Counted from the first letter of the stretch, positions 29,087-39,087 are shown. The stretch is 64,000 nucleotides of DNA from an uncultured Gammaproteobacteria bacterium (GCA_964486995.1 CAZAOV010000007.1:699-64698); one strand, 5' to 3'. The notes: generated by a model not told the origin, from the letters alone. Numbers and translations are program-made.

Positions 29087-31732
29087 ATGTCCGGCAAGGC
29101 AGTTGGAATTGATATATCAGATCGCTCAATTGAGATGGTTTCCATGCGGGAAAAAAGCGCTGGAACCATTGATGGTGTGACACGAGCCGAACTACCTGCG
29201 GGGATAATTTCGCGAGGTAAGATTGAGGATTACGATGAGCTGTTGAAGCGAGTCAAGAGTCTTCTAGATGATTTATTTGGTGCTCGTCGTGGCAAGATTG
29301 ATGTGGGCATGGCCATGACAGAAACGATGGTCTATTCCAAAATATTCAGAATGCCGCAGGGGTTGGGCTACGATCATTATGCGAAAGCGCTGGAAATAGA
29401 GGCAATAGAGGAATTTCCGTATGACTTAACTTCGCAAGTGATTTCGAATTTTGTGCTGGTTCGGTCTGGAGAGAAAGAACGGGAATTTTTGTATGCCACC
29501 GTGGATGCGGATAAGGCTAAAGAATACGAACGCCTGCTGAACGAAGCTGGAGCTAACCCCGTTTTCTTTGAGCCTGAATCATCGGCTCTAGCCAGAGCGG
29601 CGGTGTCGCCAGAGCTATCATCGGACGCGCTTTTAGCTGATATCGGAGCGCGCACCACGATGCTGGTTGCCCTAGGAGTTAAAGGCGAGCCGGTGCTGAG
29701 TTCAGCAGTTCCTGTAGGTGGTGACATTTTGACTACAGAGATTGAGAAAAGACTCAACGTTACACTCGCGGAAGCGGAGGCAGTAAAGAGACGCAGTGGA
29801 TTTGACGCCAGCGTGGATGATGGGCGCGTCATGTTGATTCTGCAGAACCCGTTCGATGAAATAGCTAAAGAGATTAAGATAACCATCAATTATTATCACG
29901 AAAAGACTGGACGCGACATTAATAAGATAGTCTTGGCTGGCGGCACGTCGCTACTGCCCAAGGTTATGGATTACATGTCATCGCGCTTTGCGGACGTAGA
30001 AGTTTCTCGAGCCGATCCGCTAAAGAGGTTTGCGGTTAAACCGAACATAAAGCTACCACCAAAATTCAAACAAGAGGCCGTCTTATATTCGACGGCAGTC
30101 GGACTGGCAGTTCGTGCGGCGGGCTCGCGCGACCGTCCCGGTCCTAACTTACTACCGTCCGCTCGCGGCCACGGTCGCAAAAGCGGAGGGTTCATAAATT
30201 TCATTCGTTCTCTATTTAAAAAGCCCCTTCGTCCTATGTCACCAACCAAAAAGTCACCAAGAAAAAAAGCTTCACCCAAGAAGTCAATTAAGAAAAAGAC
30301 AGCTACCAAGAAGAAATCTTCTAAGCCCTCCTCGTCCAAGAAGGCTGCTATCGATTTTGATGCCAAAAAGGAGGAAATAAAAGAAGAGGAGGAGGTGGTT
30401 GAGACCACGGCCACGCAAGAGCCTGAAGAGGCGAAGGGCGATGCCGCGTCTGGTTTGAATGCAATCGTTGAGGCTGAAGATTCGGTCGATGCCGATGAGG
30501 GTATCGTTCCAGAACGAGATTTTGGTATGGGAGTTGGTGATATTTTGTCCGGTTCGTCAGAGAAAAAGGATGCCGACGAACAACTCGAGAGTGACGAGGC
30601 AGTAGATAAGGTTTCGATAGAATCGATTCTGCAGGGTCGGTCTAGTGGGGGAGCTGATGGCGTCTATGAGGACGATGAATATGGAACCGTTGAAGAGGAT
30701 CCACACCCGAAAAAGAGAAAGATTCGCTGGAGCGTAGCGATTCCGTTGGTGGTGTTCGTACTGGCCATCTTACTGGTCGCGGAAGGGGCTGGTTTGTTCG
30801 GTCGGGGCGGTTCGTCAAAGCTGTTCTCTGCAATTACGCCTTTCTTCGGAGGAGATGGAGGAAAGGAGCAAACGACTGAACCGGCTGAAACCGGACCGGT
30901 CGTTCCTTCGTTAATTTCCATGAACGTATTAATTTCCTCGGTCGAGGATGAGGAAGAAGTAGCAGTTTCGGTCGTTCCTTCGCGTATCATCGAAACTGAT
31001 GTGACCGCAACTGATTCTTTCCAGGCTACCGGCGAGGCTCCGGCTGAAGAGGCGCGTGCTGTGGGCACGATAACTGTGGTCAACGAAACATCGAACGACT
31101 ATCGCTTCGTCGCGACCACGCGCTTTTTGTCCACGGACGGCATATTGTTCCGCCTCAAGGAAGAGTCAGATATTCCGGCCAACAGCACGGCCGATGTTGA
31201 GGTGTATGCGGATGAAGTTGGTGCTTCCGGTGACATTGGTCCGTCCAGGTTCACTATTCCAGGTTTGGGCGGAGATTTGGAGCAGTACGTCTATGGACGA
31301 AGTCGAACCGCCATGACCGGTGGTAGCGGCACCGTGGCTGCAGTTAAGGAAGACGATATTGAAACCGCCCGCGCTACGCTGTTAGACCGTTTGTTTGATG
31401 AAGCGCGCGAAAATTTTAGGTCCATGATTTCGGCTGGGGAAATAGTACTTGATGATCTGATTACCTCTAATGAGTTGGACTCCACCCTGCCGGATATCGG
31501 GCAGGAAGGTACTGCGTTCGACGTGGCGCTCACAGTTCAGTTCAGCACCCTAGTGGTGCCAGAAGCGGATTTGCTGGCAAAACTAGGCGAGAAGCTTCTC
31601 GAAGAATTGCCAGAAAATGTAGTGCCGACCGACTATGAGCTGGGTGCGATGCTGTACACCGTCGAGGCATTCGACACTACCAGCGGTCGAGCAGAAATTC
31701 GCGCAGAAGCACCGGTCCAACGCATTCAATAA
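29087..31732 (+). CDS. pilM: PilM actin-like domain fused to a charged linker, TM and baseplate-J-like extracellular domain
   Basis: GIDISDRSI, DIGARTT, GGD.LT, LAGGTSLL, TAVGLA (PilM); later TM and GTITVVN...TRF...VEVYAD..G..GDI...AMTGG. Confidence 0.8.
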   Translation: MSGKAVGIDISDRSIEMVSMREKSAGTIDGVTRAELPAGIISRGKIEDYDELLKRVKSLLDDLFGARRGKIDVGMAMTETMVYSKIFRMPQGLGYDHYAKALEIEAIEEFPYDLTSQVISNFVLVRSGEKEREFLYATVDADKAKEYERLLNEAGANPVFFEPESSALARAAVSPELSSDALLADIGARTTMLVALGVKGEPVLSSAVPVGGDILTTEIEKRLNVTLAEAEAVKRRSGFDASVDDGRVMLILQNPFDEIAKEIKITINYYHEKTGRDINKIVLAGGTSLLPKVMDYMSSRFADVEVSRADPLKRFAVKPNIKLPPKFKQEAVLYSTAVGLAVRAAGSRDRPGPNLLPSARGHGRKSGGFINFIRSLFKKPLRPMSPTKKSPRKKASPKKSIKKKTATKKKSSKPSSSKKAAIDFDAKKEEIKEEEEVVETTATQEPEEAKGDAASGLNAIVEAEDSVDADEGIVPERDFGMGVGDILSGSSEKKDADEQLESDEAVDKVSIESILQGRSSGGADGVYEDDEYGTVEEDPHPKKRKIRWSVAIPLVVFVLAILLVAEGAGLFGRGGSSKLFSAITPFFGGDGGKEQTTEPAETGPVVPSLISMNVLISSVEDEEEVAVSVVPSRIIETDVTATDSFQATGEAPAEEARAVGTITVVNETSNDYRFVATTRFLSTDGILFRLKEESDIPANSTADVEVYADEVGASGDIGPSRFTIPGLGGDLEQYVYGRSRTAMTGGSGTVAAVKEDDIETARATLLDRLFDEARENFRSMISAGEIVLDDLITSNELDSTLPDIGQEGTAFDVALTVQFSTLVVPEADLLAKLGEKLLEELPENVVPTDYELGAMLYTVEAFDTTSGRAEIRAEAPVQRIQ

Positions 31733-31809
31733 AACATAGATTATTAACTATCCATTAAGCAATTAATCGGGCATATAATTGTCCTGATGCTATAAATTAA
31801 ACAGTAAAT

Positions 31810-32400
31810 ATGAAGCGCAATAACAAAGGTTTTACCCTAGTCGAGCTCCTAATCGTCATCGGCATCATCGGTTTTCTGGCCGCAGCCATCTTGGTGGCGG
31901 TCGACCCGGTCAAGCGTATCCAGGACTCACGCAACTCCCAGCGCTGGTCAGAGGTCAACTCAATCCTGAACGCGGTGCTGAAGAAGCAGGTTGATGATCG
32001 GGCTCTGTATAACGGCGACTCAGCGGCACCCATCATCACCAGTGCCGACTATGCTCAGGTCATTGTCGAGGATGCAACCGATATAGTTTGTAATGTCGAG
32101 AGTACTCGACCCGGTTGCGATACAGCTTTGGATGTAAGCGCGGCGGACGCCGACTGCGTGGCGCAGCTTTTCGAAAATACTTCTCCGGGCACAGAACATC
32201 TTAATCCGACCTACTTGGCTGAAATGCCAACCGATCCCGGTGATGCCACCTGTCTGGATAGCGGAGACTGCACAGCGTTTGGTGACATTGTCATTGGTGA
32301 TTCGAATAGCGGTTATTATATCAAGCGAAGCACCGGCAACCGAATCGAGATTGGCGCATGTCAGCCGGAGCAGGGCGCTACCATCAGCGTCAAGCGATAG
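31810..32400 (+). CDS. Major type IV pilin candidate, copy 1
   Basis: KG|FTLVELLIVIGIIG, YLAEMP.DP, multiple Cys. Confidence 0.9.
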   Translation: MKRNNKGFTLVELLIVIGIIGFLAAAILVAVDPVKRIQDSRNSQRWSEVNSILNAVLKKQVDDRALYNGDSAAPIITSADYAQVIVEDATDIVCNVESTRPGCDTALDVSAADADCVAQLFENTSPGTEHLNPTYLAEMPTDPGDATCLDSGDCTAFGDIVIGDSNSGYYIKRSTGNRIEIGACQPEQGATISVKR

Positions 32401-32420
32401 CAATCAAATAGCGTGAATAA

Positions 32421-32451
32421 AAAAATCCCGCTCCGTCTGAGCGGGATTTTT
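32421..32451 (+). terminator. Intrinsic terminator after pilin 1
   Basis: AAAAATCCCGCTC-CGTCT-GAGCGGGATTTTT. Confidence 0.8.
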
Positions 32452-32531
32452 GTTTACTTATGGTGTCGGACTGAAATAGATGCTAAAATATGAATACACC
32501 ATAAAGAAATCTCTCTAAACAAGATTTAAAT

Positions 32532-33137
32532 ATGAAGCGCAATAACAAAGGTTTTACCCTAGTCGAGCTCCTAATCGTCATCGGCATCATCGGTTTTCTG
32601 GCCGCAGCCATCTTGGTGGCGGTCGACCCGGTCAAGCGTATCCAGGACTCACGCAACTCCCAGCGCTGGTCAGAGGTCAACTCAATCCTGAACGCGGTGC
32701 TGAAGAAGCAGGTTGATGATCGGGCTCTGTATAATGGTGATACCGATGTCGCACCTGGCGATGGAGCCCAAATCATTACTCACGCCTCTAATGTGCAAGT
32801 CATCGTTTCGGACGTGACAGGTATAAGCTGTGACGCACCAGCAAATCGACCAGGCTGCAATCAGACAATGGATACCACGGCGGGAAGGAATTGCGTTGCT
32901 AAACTCTTTGATCCGGACACGGCCGATCAAGATGATGAGCATTTGAATCCGAACTATATGGCCGAGATGCCGCTCGATCCGGCCGAAAATGCCTGCGCCA
33001 GCGGCTGTACAACTCTTGGTAACTTAGCTATCGGAGATACCAACAGCGGCTACTACATTCACCGTACCACCGGCAACCGAATCGAGATTGGCGCCTGTCA
33101 GCCGGAGCAGTCGGCAACCATATCCGTGAAGCGCTAA
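32532..33137 (+). CDS. Major type IV pilin candidate, copy 2
   Basis: First 70 aa identical to copy 1; variable middle; conserved GNRIEIGACQPEQ.ATISVKR. Confidence 0.9.
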   Translation: MKRNNKGFTLVELLIVIGIIGFLAAAILVAVDPVKRIQDSRNSQRWSEVNSILNAVLKKQVDDRALYNGDTDVAPGDGAQIITHASNVQVIVSDVTGISCDAPANRPGCNQTMDTTAGRNCVAKLFDPDTADQDDEHLNPNYMAEMPLDPAENACASGCTTLGNLAIGDTNSGYYIHRTTGNRIEIGACQPEQSATISVKR

Positions 33138-33159
33138 GGCTGAACATCAAGCGGTAAAC

Positions 33160-33186
33160 AAACCCCGCCCTCACTGGGCGGGGTTT
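33160..33186 (+). terminator. Intrinsic terminator after pilin 2
   Basis: AAACCCCGCCC-TCACT-GGGCGGGGTTTT. Confidence 0.8.
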
Positions 33187-33196
33187 TGTCTCGTTT

Positions 33197-33262
33197 AAAA
33201 ACTGTCAGACTTGTTTTAAGGCGGACGCGGAGCCGTCCCTTAAAACAAGTCTGACAGTTTTT
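33197..33262. repeat. Palindromic repeat family A
   Basis: AAAAACTGTCAGACTTGTTTTAAGG...CCTTAAAACAAGTCTGACAGTTTTT. Confidence 0.85.
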
Positions 33263-33287
33263 CGGGCGTCTCTTTGCAGGCGTGCGC

Positions 33288-33548
33288 TTATTCCTCCCCC
33301 CTCAAGTCATCGCGCTCTTCCTGCAGTTGATTCAACCAAAATTCGTATTGTATGCCGACCTGATCTTGTCGCGCACGCAGTTCTTCAAATTCTTTGCGCA
33401 GCTGGACTTGTTCATCCAAAATCAGCCATGACCATCTCGCCACGCCGATTGAAATTGTTATGCTTATAACGGCGACTACTATCGCAATCATCGCAGAGTT
33501 AGAAAAACTTACTCGGTATTCATCATTATTTTTGTCGAATGGCCACAT
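33288..33548 (-). CDS. Small membrane protein with coiled-coil tail
   Basis: 86 aa, one TM followed by a heptad-like helix. Confidence 0.65.
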   Translation of the reverse strand: MWPFDKNNDEYRVSFSNSAMIAIVVAVISITISIGVARWSWLILDEQVQLRKEFEELRARQDQVGIQYEFWLNQLQEERDDLRGEE

Positions 33549-33687
33549 AGAAGTATTCAGTTATTTTCATAATCAAGTTTATTGGGAGAGAGCAGTTTTG
33601 GCAATGACGCCGTTGGTATCTGGACAAGGCCTGTCTTTACCGTATGGATAATCTGTAGTAACCTGCCCCATATAACGAAGCAAGATT

Positions 33688-35169
33688 ATGTCTGACAAAA
33701 AAGTAAATATCGCCAAGCGGTCGGAGGATTATTCCCGATGGTATCTAGACGTGGTTCGGGAGGCTGACTTGGCGGAGCATTCCGCCGTTAAGGGTTGTAT
33801 GATCATCAGACCGCATGGATATGCGCTTTGGGAGAATATGCAGGCGGTTTTGGATCGTCGTTTTAAGGAAACCGGTCATCAAAACGCATACTTTCCATTG
33901 TTTGTTCCGAAATCATTCCTGAGCCGAGAAGCATCACACGTGGAAGGTTTCGCCAAAGAGTGCGCCGTGGTTACCCATCATCGCCTGATTGATAATCCGG
34001 ACGGTGAGGGTGTAGTAGTTGATCCAAAATCCAAGCTAGAAGAAGAAGTCATAGTGCGCCCCACTTCGGAGACCATCATGTATGATGCCTATTCTCGTTG
34101 GGTGAATTCGTGGCGTGACCTGCCCATTCTGATTAATCAATGGGCCAATGTGGTGCGGTGGGAGTTGCGAACTAGGCTGTTTCTACGCACGACAGAGTTT
34201 TTGTGGCAGGAGGGACATACGGCTCACGCCACACATGACGAAGCCACCGAAGAAGCGTTGAAGATGCTTGATATCTATCGTGAATTTGCCGAAGAGTGGA
34301 TGGCCATGCCGGTCATCACAGGCAGTAAACCAGAACACGATAAGTTTCCCGGTGCTGTGGTTACGTATTGCATTGAGGCTATGATGCAAGACAGGAAAGC
34401 GTTGCAGGCCGGCACATCGCATGATTTAGGACAGAACTTTGCCAAGGCGTTTGACGTGAAGTTCACCGACCAAGATGGCGAGGAGAAATTCGTTTGGCAA
34501 ACTAGTTGGGGGGTCAGCACGCGCCTAATTGGCGGTTTGATTATGGCGCACAGTGACGATAAGGGTCTGCTTCTGCCGCCGAAACTTGCACCGATTAAAA
34601 TAGTGATTGTACCGATTGGTAAGGATGAGGAAATGAAGCCGGTCATGGATGTGGTCAATAAGATTAGTGCTCAATTGAACGAAAAGATTCAAGGCATAAA
34701 AGTTGACGATCGTGACAACTACGGTCCTGGTTTCAAGTTTACTGAATGGGAACGTAAGGGCGTGCCGGTACGTATTGAAATCGGTCCAAAGGATGTGGAG
34801 AAGGGGACGGCGGTTTTCGTGCGACGTGACACAGGTGAAAAAAGTTTTGTGAATCTGGATAAAATCATCGCAACGGCAGAAATAATGCTGTCCGACATAC
34901 AGTCCGACATGTTGGAACGTTCCCGCGAGTTCTTGTCAGACAATAGTCGTGATATTGACACCTATGACAAGTTCAAGGATTTTTTCTCCGGTGATGGCGG
35001 TTTCGCGCGCAGTCACTGGTGTGGTCGGGCTGAGTGCGACAAAAAAGCCCAGCAAGATACTAAGGCCAGCATCCGTTGTATTCCGTTCGACCAAAAAAAG
35101 GAGTCCGGAAAGTGCGTGGTATGCGGCGGCGAGTCCGAAGGTCGAGTAGTGTTTGCGAAGGCCTACTAA
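33688..35169 (+). CDS. proS: Proline--tRNA ligase (archaeal/eukaryotic type)
   Basis: VRPTSET, QWANVVRWE, FLRTTEFLWQEGHT, QAGTSH.LGQNF, C-terminal AKAY. Confidence 0.98.
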   Translation: MSDKKVNIAKRSEDYSRWYLDVVREADLAEHSAVKGCMIIRPHGYALWENMQAVLDRRFKETGHQNAYFPLFVPKSFLSREASHVEGFAKECAVVTHHRLIDNPDGEGVVVDPKSKLEEEVIVRPTSETIMYDAYSRWVNSWRDLPILINQWANVVRWELRTRLFLRTTEFLWQEGHTAHATHDEATEEALKMLDIYREFAEEWMAMPVITGSKPEHDKFPGAVVTYCIEAMMQDRKALQAGTSHDLGQNFAKAFDVKFTDQDGEEKFVWQTSWGVSTRLIGGLIMAHSDDKGLLLPPKLAPIKIVIVPIGKDEEMKPVMDVVNKISAQLNEKIQGIKVDDRDNYGPGFKFTEWERKGVPVRIEIGPKDVEKGTAVFVRRDTGEKSFVNLDKIIATAEIMLSDIQSDMLERSREFLSDNSRDIDTYDKFKDFFSGDGGFARSHWCGRAECDKKAQQDTKASIRCIPFDQKKESGKCVVCGGESEGRVVFAKAY

Positions 35170-35212
35170 GAGGATACAAAAAACCGTCCCAAGAGGGTCG
35201 GTTTTTGAATAT

Positions 35213-35707
35213 TTAAGCGTATGATTCTAGACATTCATCGATTTCTCTGCGCAGTTCAGGGGAATCAAGTCTTGTGTCTAGCACCGCCTCTTTGATTCGC
35301 CAGTCGCGTTGAATCTGCGAGTGGCAATACAGCAATATCATGTCGATAACGTCTTGCCGTCGAATGGTGGGTGAGCGGGCGATGATTTGTCGCAGTGTTT
35401 CTTGTTTTAGTACATGGCCGGTTCGCCGCAGATGCGTCTGGTGGCTGAGCATTTCGGAGAGCGCGAATAGTTCACGATAGCTGAAATATTCATTTTTCAT
35501 TCGCCGCTTCAGTTCGGTCAGCGACATATGGTGTTGTTCGACCAACGCCAGATACGCGATTGCCAAATTGCTAATTATTGGCAGAAACAGCCGAATCATT
35601 CGGTTCGGCCAAGAGCGAACATGTGGAGGTGAATTTTTCGGCGGAATAAGCGGACGGACTTGGTTGACGTCCAGTTTGTCCTTGTCGGATAGCGGTTGAA
35701 TGTACAA
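35213..35707 (-). CDS. Hypothetical protein
   Basis: 164-aa ORF; TTG start preceded by AAGGAGG. Confidence 0.65.
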   Translation of the reverse strand: MYIQPLSDKDKLDVNQVRPLIPPKNSPPHVRSWPNRMIRLFLPIISNLAIAYLALVEQHHMSLTELKRRMKNEYFSYRELFALSEMLSHQTHLRRTGHVLKQETLRQIIARSPTIRRQDVIDMILLYCHSQIQRDWRIKEAVLDTRLDSPELRREIDECLESYA

Positions 35708-35852
35708 GTAATCCTCCTTGAAAGAACACCGACCATACTAGCGGAATTTTAATTTGCAATCAAGGGGTATTTAAGATGAAAAACTGTCAGACTTGTGAAA
35801 TAACAATCCAACCAAAAAGCCGAGCGGGCAAACTCGGCTATTTTCAGCTCAA

Positions 35853-36143
35853 TTACGCTTTACCTTTCAGTGCATCCTTCAATGCCTTACCAGCCTTGAA
35901 CTTTGGAACAGTAACTGGCGGAATTTGGATTTTTTCGCTCGGATTTTGCGGGTTCACACCCATGCGGCCTGCGCGTTGCTTCGCGGAAAAAGCGCCGAAA
36001 CCGGCAATGGTGACTTCGCCGCCTGCGACCAATGTTTCGGTGACGGTCTTGGTGAAGGCCTCGATGACTTCCTCAGCTTGCTTTTTGGAGATACCGACTT
36101 TCTCGGCGAGCACACTTACGAGCTCAGCTTTATTCATTTTCAT
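35853..36143 (-). CDS. hup: DNA-binding protein HU
   Basis: MNKAELV, GFGAF, R.G.NPQ, PKFKAGKALKDA. Confidence 0.96.
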   Translation of the reverse strand: MKMNKAELVSVLAEKVGISKKQAEEVIEAFTKTVTETLVAGGEVTIAGFGAFSAKQRAGRMGVNPQNPSEKIQIPPVTVPKFKAGKALKDALKGKA

Positions 36144-36155
36144 GTATATAGTTCT

Positions 36156-36953
36156 TTAAATTGTAACTTGTTTAGTTAAATGTTCGATCGCACTGCATTT
36201 TCCGTTTGAATCGATCTCGAGTATTAGCGCATTCACCACCGCCTCTCCAGACGTGGGCAACTCGTGCCGCACGGGAAGCTGGCTCATGAAATGACGCAAT
36301 ATAGGCTCACGATCAACGCCGATTACTCCATCGCTGAATCCACACATTCCAACATCCGTGATGTAGCCGGTGCCGTCGGGAAGAATACAGTCGTCGCGGG
36401 TAGCGACGTGGGTATGCGTTCCCCAAACGGCGGACGCCCGACCGTCAGCGTGCCAGCCGAAAGCTATTTTTTCGGATGTGGCTTCACCGTGGAAATCCAC
36501 CAGGATAACTGATGGGTTGCGATGCATGTTTTCCGCGAGGATTTTATCGAACAGACGGAATGGGTCTTCAGTGTGGATATCACTGAACACCCGTCCCAAA
36601 AAGTTTACCACAAGGACTGATTTTGCGCCAACGGTAAGCAATTTATAGCCCTCACCAGGAACACTTTTTGGGTAGTTGGCCGGTCGAATAATAATGTCGC
36701 GATATTTGGCGTCTGACAAAATTTCGTAGACCTCTTTGCGTCGCCAGATATGGTTGCCCGAGGTGAAGAATTCGATGCCCGCCTCGACCATCTCGTCGAT
36801 GGTGCGTGCGGAAACGCCTTTGCCTTGTGCTAGATTTTCGCAATTGCCAATTATTAAATCCGGCGAATGCTCAGAACGAAAGTCGGGAAGCGTCGCTTTG
36901 ACTGCTTCCCGACCGATTCGTCCTACTATGTCTGCAAAAAATAGGATTTTCAT
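36156..36953 (-). CDS. ymdB: YmdB-family metallophosphoesterase
   Basis: DIVGRIGR, TSGNH, RPANYP, DFHGEATSEK, GTHTHV, TDVGM; next to rny. Confidence 0.93.
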   Translation of the reverse strand: MKILFFADIVGRIGREAVKATLPDFRSEHSPDLIIGNCENLAQGKGVSARTIDEMVEAGIEFFTSGNHIWRRKEVYEILSDAKYRDIIIRPANYPKSVPGEGYKLLTVGAKSVLVVNFLGRVFSDIHTEDPFRLFDKILAENMHRNPSVILVDFHGEATSEKIAFGWHADGRASAVWGTHTHVATRDDCILPDGTGYITDVGMCGFSDGVIGVDREPILRHFMSQLPVRHELPTSGEAVVNALILEIDSNGKCSAIEHLTKQVTI

Positions 36954-37073
36954 CACGTAGTTATAAGTGTGCCGTCTGCGTAGAGAATGACTGCAGATTT
37001 TGTCCTGGTCTCTCGCTTCAAGCGGTCGTTTGGTGATGTGTGGAGGTAGTGGTAAGCCTCGTGATTACAGTGT

Positions 37074-38606
37074 TTATCTGGCGTATTCAACCACTCGAGT
37101 TTCGCGAATCACGTTCACCTTAACCTCACCCGGATACGTCAGCTCGGATTCAATCTTAGCGGCGATGTCCTTGGCCAAGCGATATGCGGCAAAGTCATCC
37201 ACTGCTTTCGGTTCAACAAACACGCGAACCTCGCGACCGGCTTGAATGGCGTAGCTCTTCTCGACACCCGGAAAAGCAGATGCGGTTTTTTCGAGCTCTT
37301 CTAATCGCTGGATATAGTGTTCGTAAGTAGTTTTTCGAGCGCCCGGACGAGCACCGGAAATCGCATCGGCGGTCTTAACCAGAATGGCTTCCAGAGTATT
37401 AGGATTATCCTCGTGATGACCAAGCGACTGATAACAAAGTTCTTCCGGAAGATTGAATTTCTTCATGATGTTATATCCGATCTCTGGATGCGCACCTTGA
37501 ACATCGTGATCAACCGCCTTACCGATATCGTGCAAGACACCGCCGCGCTTGCAAATCGTTACGTCAGCACCTATTTCTTGCGCGAGCAGGGTGGCAATTT
37601 GTGCGACTTCTATCGAGTGCCGCAACACGTTTTGGCCATAGCTGGTGCGGTACTTTAGGCGCCCCAGAATCTGTATGAGCTTCGGATCAAACGCCGTCAG
37701 CGGGATGCCCAGTTCGTACAGAGCATCCTCACCGGCCTTCTTTATGTCTTTGGCCAGATGTTTCTTGGCGTGCTCTACGGCATCTTCAATCTTAGTTGGA
37801 TGAATGCGGCCGTCTTCAATCAGTCGCTCCAGCGCGAGCTTGGCAACTTGGCGTCGAATCGGCGAAAAGCCGGAAACCGTAATAGATTCAGGAGTATCAT
37901 CGACGATAATTTCCGTACCGGTTAGATTCTCCAAAGCCTTAATATTACGACCCTCCTTACCGATGATGCGGCCCTTCATGTCATCGTTCGGGAGCACTAC
38001 GCTTGTAGTGGTGGTATCAACGCAGTGCGATGACGCTACGCGCTGAATCACCATGGACAGCATATGCCGCGCTTTTTCTTCCAGTTCATCATTGTGGGTG
38101 CGCGACAATTTGTGCATGCGGCTGACGAACGATTCACTCATTATGTTTTCGGCGTTCTTCAGCACCACGCTCTTGGCTTCTTCCAAGGACAGTCCGGCGA
38201 TTTGTTCCAGCTTGGCGATTTGCTCTTCACGCTTCCGGATCAGGTCCTTTTTGATTTCTTCAATTTTTTCGTTCTTGGAGAATAGTTCATCCTGCCGCTT
38301 CTGCAGTTCGCCCATGCGGCGTTGATAATCGTTTTCGCCCTTCTCCAGTTTGGCTTGAATCGTCCGTAATTCCTTACGGCGATTTTCGTCTTCGCGCTTC
38401 GATTCCTCGATTAGCTTTAGGGCCTTTTCTTTGCCCTCGATGACTTTTTGCTGGTGTTTGGTTTCAGCATCTTTAATTATTTTCTCTGCTTGCGCCTCGG
38501 CGGAATCAACCTGTCCGAGCGCAATTTTTTTGCGGAGCACATAGCCGATGCCTGCACCGATGGCTAGGCCGACTGCACCTCCGTATAGCGCTACTAGTAA
38601 CCACAT
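37074..38606 (-). CDS. rny: Ribonuclease Y
   Basis: N-terminal TM, coiled coil, KH (KGRIIGKEGRNI), HD (LHDIGK), ADAISGARPGAR. Confidence 0.98.
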   Translation of the reverse strand: MWLLVALYGGAVGLAIGAGIGYVLRKKIALGQVDSAEAQAEKIIKDAETKHQQKVIEGKEKALKLIEESKREDENRRKELRTIQAKLEKGENDYQRRMGELQKRQDELFSKNEKIEEIKKDLIRKREEQIAKLEQIAGLSLEEAKSVVLKNAENIMSESFVSRMHKLSRTHNDELEEKARHMLSMVIQRVASSHCVDTTTTSVVLPNDDMKGRIIGKEGRNIKALENLTGTEIIVDDTPESITVSGFSPIRRQVAKLALERLIEDGRIHPTKIEDAVEHAKKHLAKDIKKAGEDALYELGIPLTAFDPKLIQILGRLKYRTSYGQNVLRHSIEVAQIATLLAQEIGADVTICKRGGVLHDIGKAVDHDVQGAHPEIGYNIMKKFNLPEELCYQSLGHHEDNPNTLEAILVKTADAISGARPGARKTTYEHYIQRLEELEKTASAFPGVEKSYAIQAGREVRVFVEPKAVDDFAAYRLAKDIAAKIESELTYPGEVKVNVIRETRVVEYAR

Positions 38607-38964
38607 AAAAACCTCGTCAAACCTACGAGGTCGGATTCTATGCGAACTGGTTTTTACAGCAAAATGTCGACGCAGAGCGTCGTCTTAGCGCATCAAATCT
38701 GAATTTGCGCTTAATAGCATCGTTTTTTCAGTCGCCTACAGCGACCGTTGCTAGTTGAGACCGACCTTAGTCGGTGCTCGGCTGTTTATACCAAATGGCC
38801 ATCAAAGAGTGACTCGAGTCCGATCTTCCGAATACCAGTATTGTTCAGTAATTATCCCCGGTCTTGAAGTCATCTGCCTTGCCGTCGGCCGTCGCACTAA
38901 ATCCCACCCGTAGGCGGTTATTGATTCGTGGCTTTAGAATATCACATTCATTCGCAGTTGGCAA
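38607..38964 (-). promoter_or_regulatory. rny promoter and ~320-nt structured 5' leader
   Basis: TTGCCA(38964-38959)-17-TATTCT; at least six hairpins before the ATG. Confidence 0.6.
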
Positions 38965-39087
38965 GATATATATATGTATATGCAGGGCGGTTTGGTAATA
39001 TTTTGGCGCGGAAGTTTGGGAGACGCATTAATGTGCCCCACTAATCGGACGTTCTGAATATATGAAAAGCGGTAGTTTCAGGAATTT

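Noticed and set aside
31810-33137. Pilin pair as DGR template/variable repeats or a shufflon
   Set aside because: Differences are not adenine-restricted and include indels; no reverse transcriptase, invertase or inverted sites are in the window.
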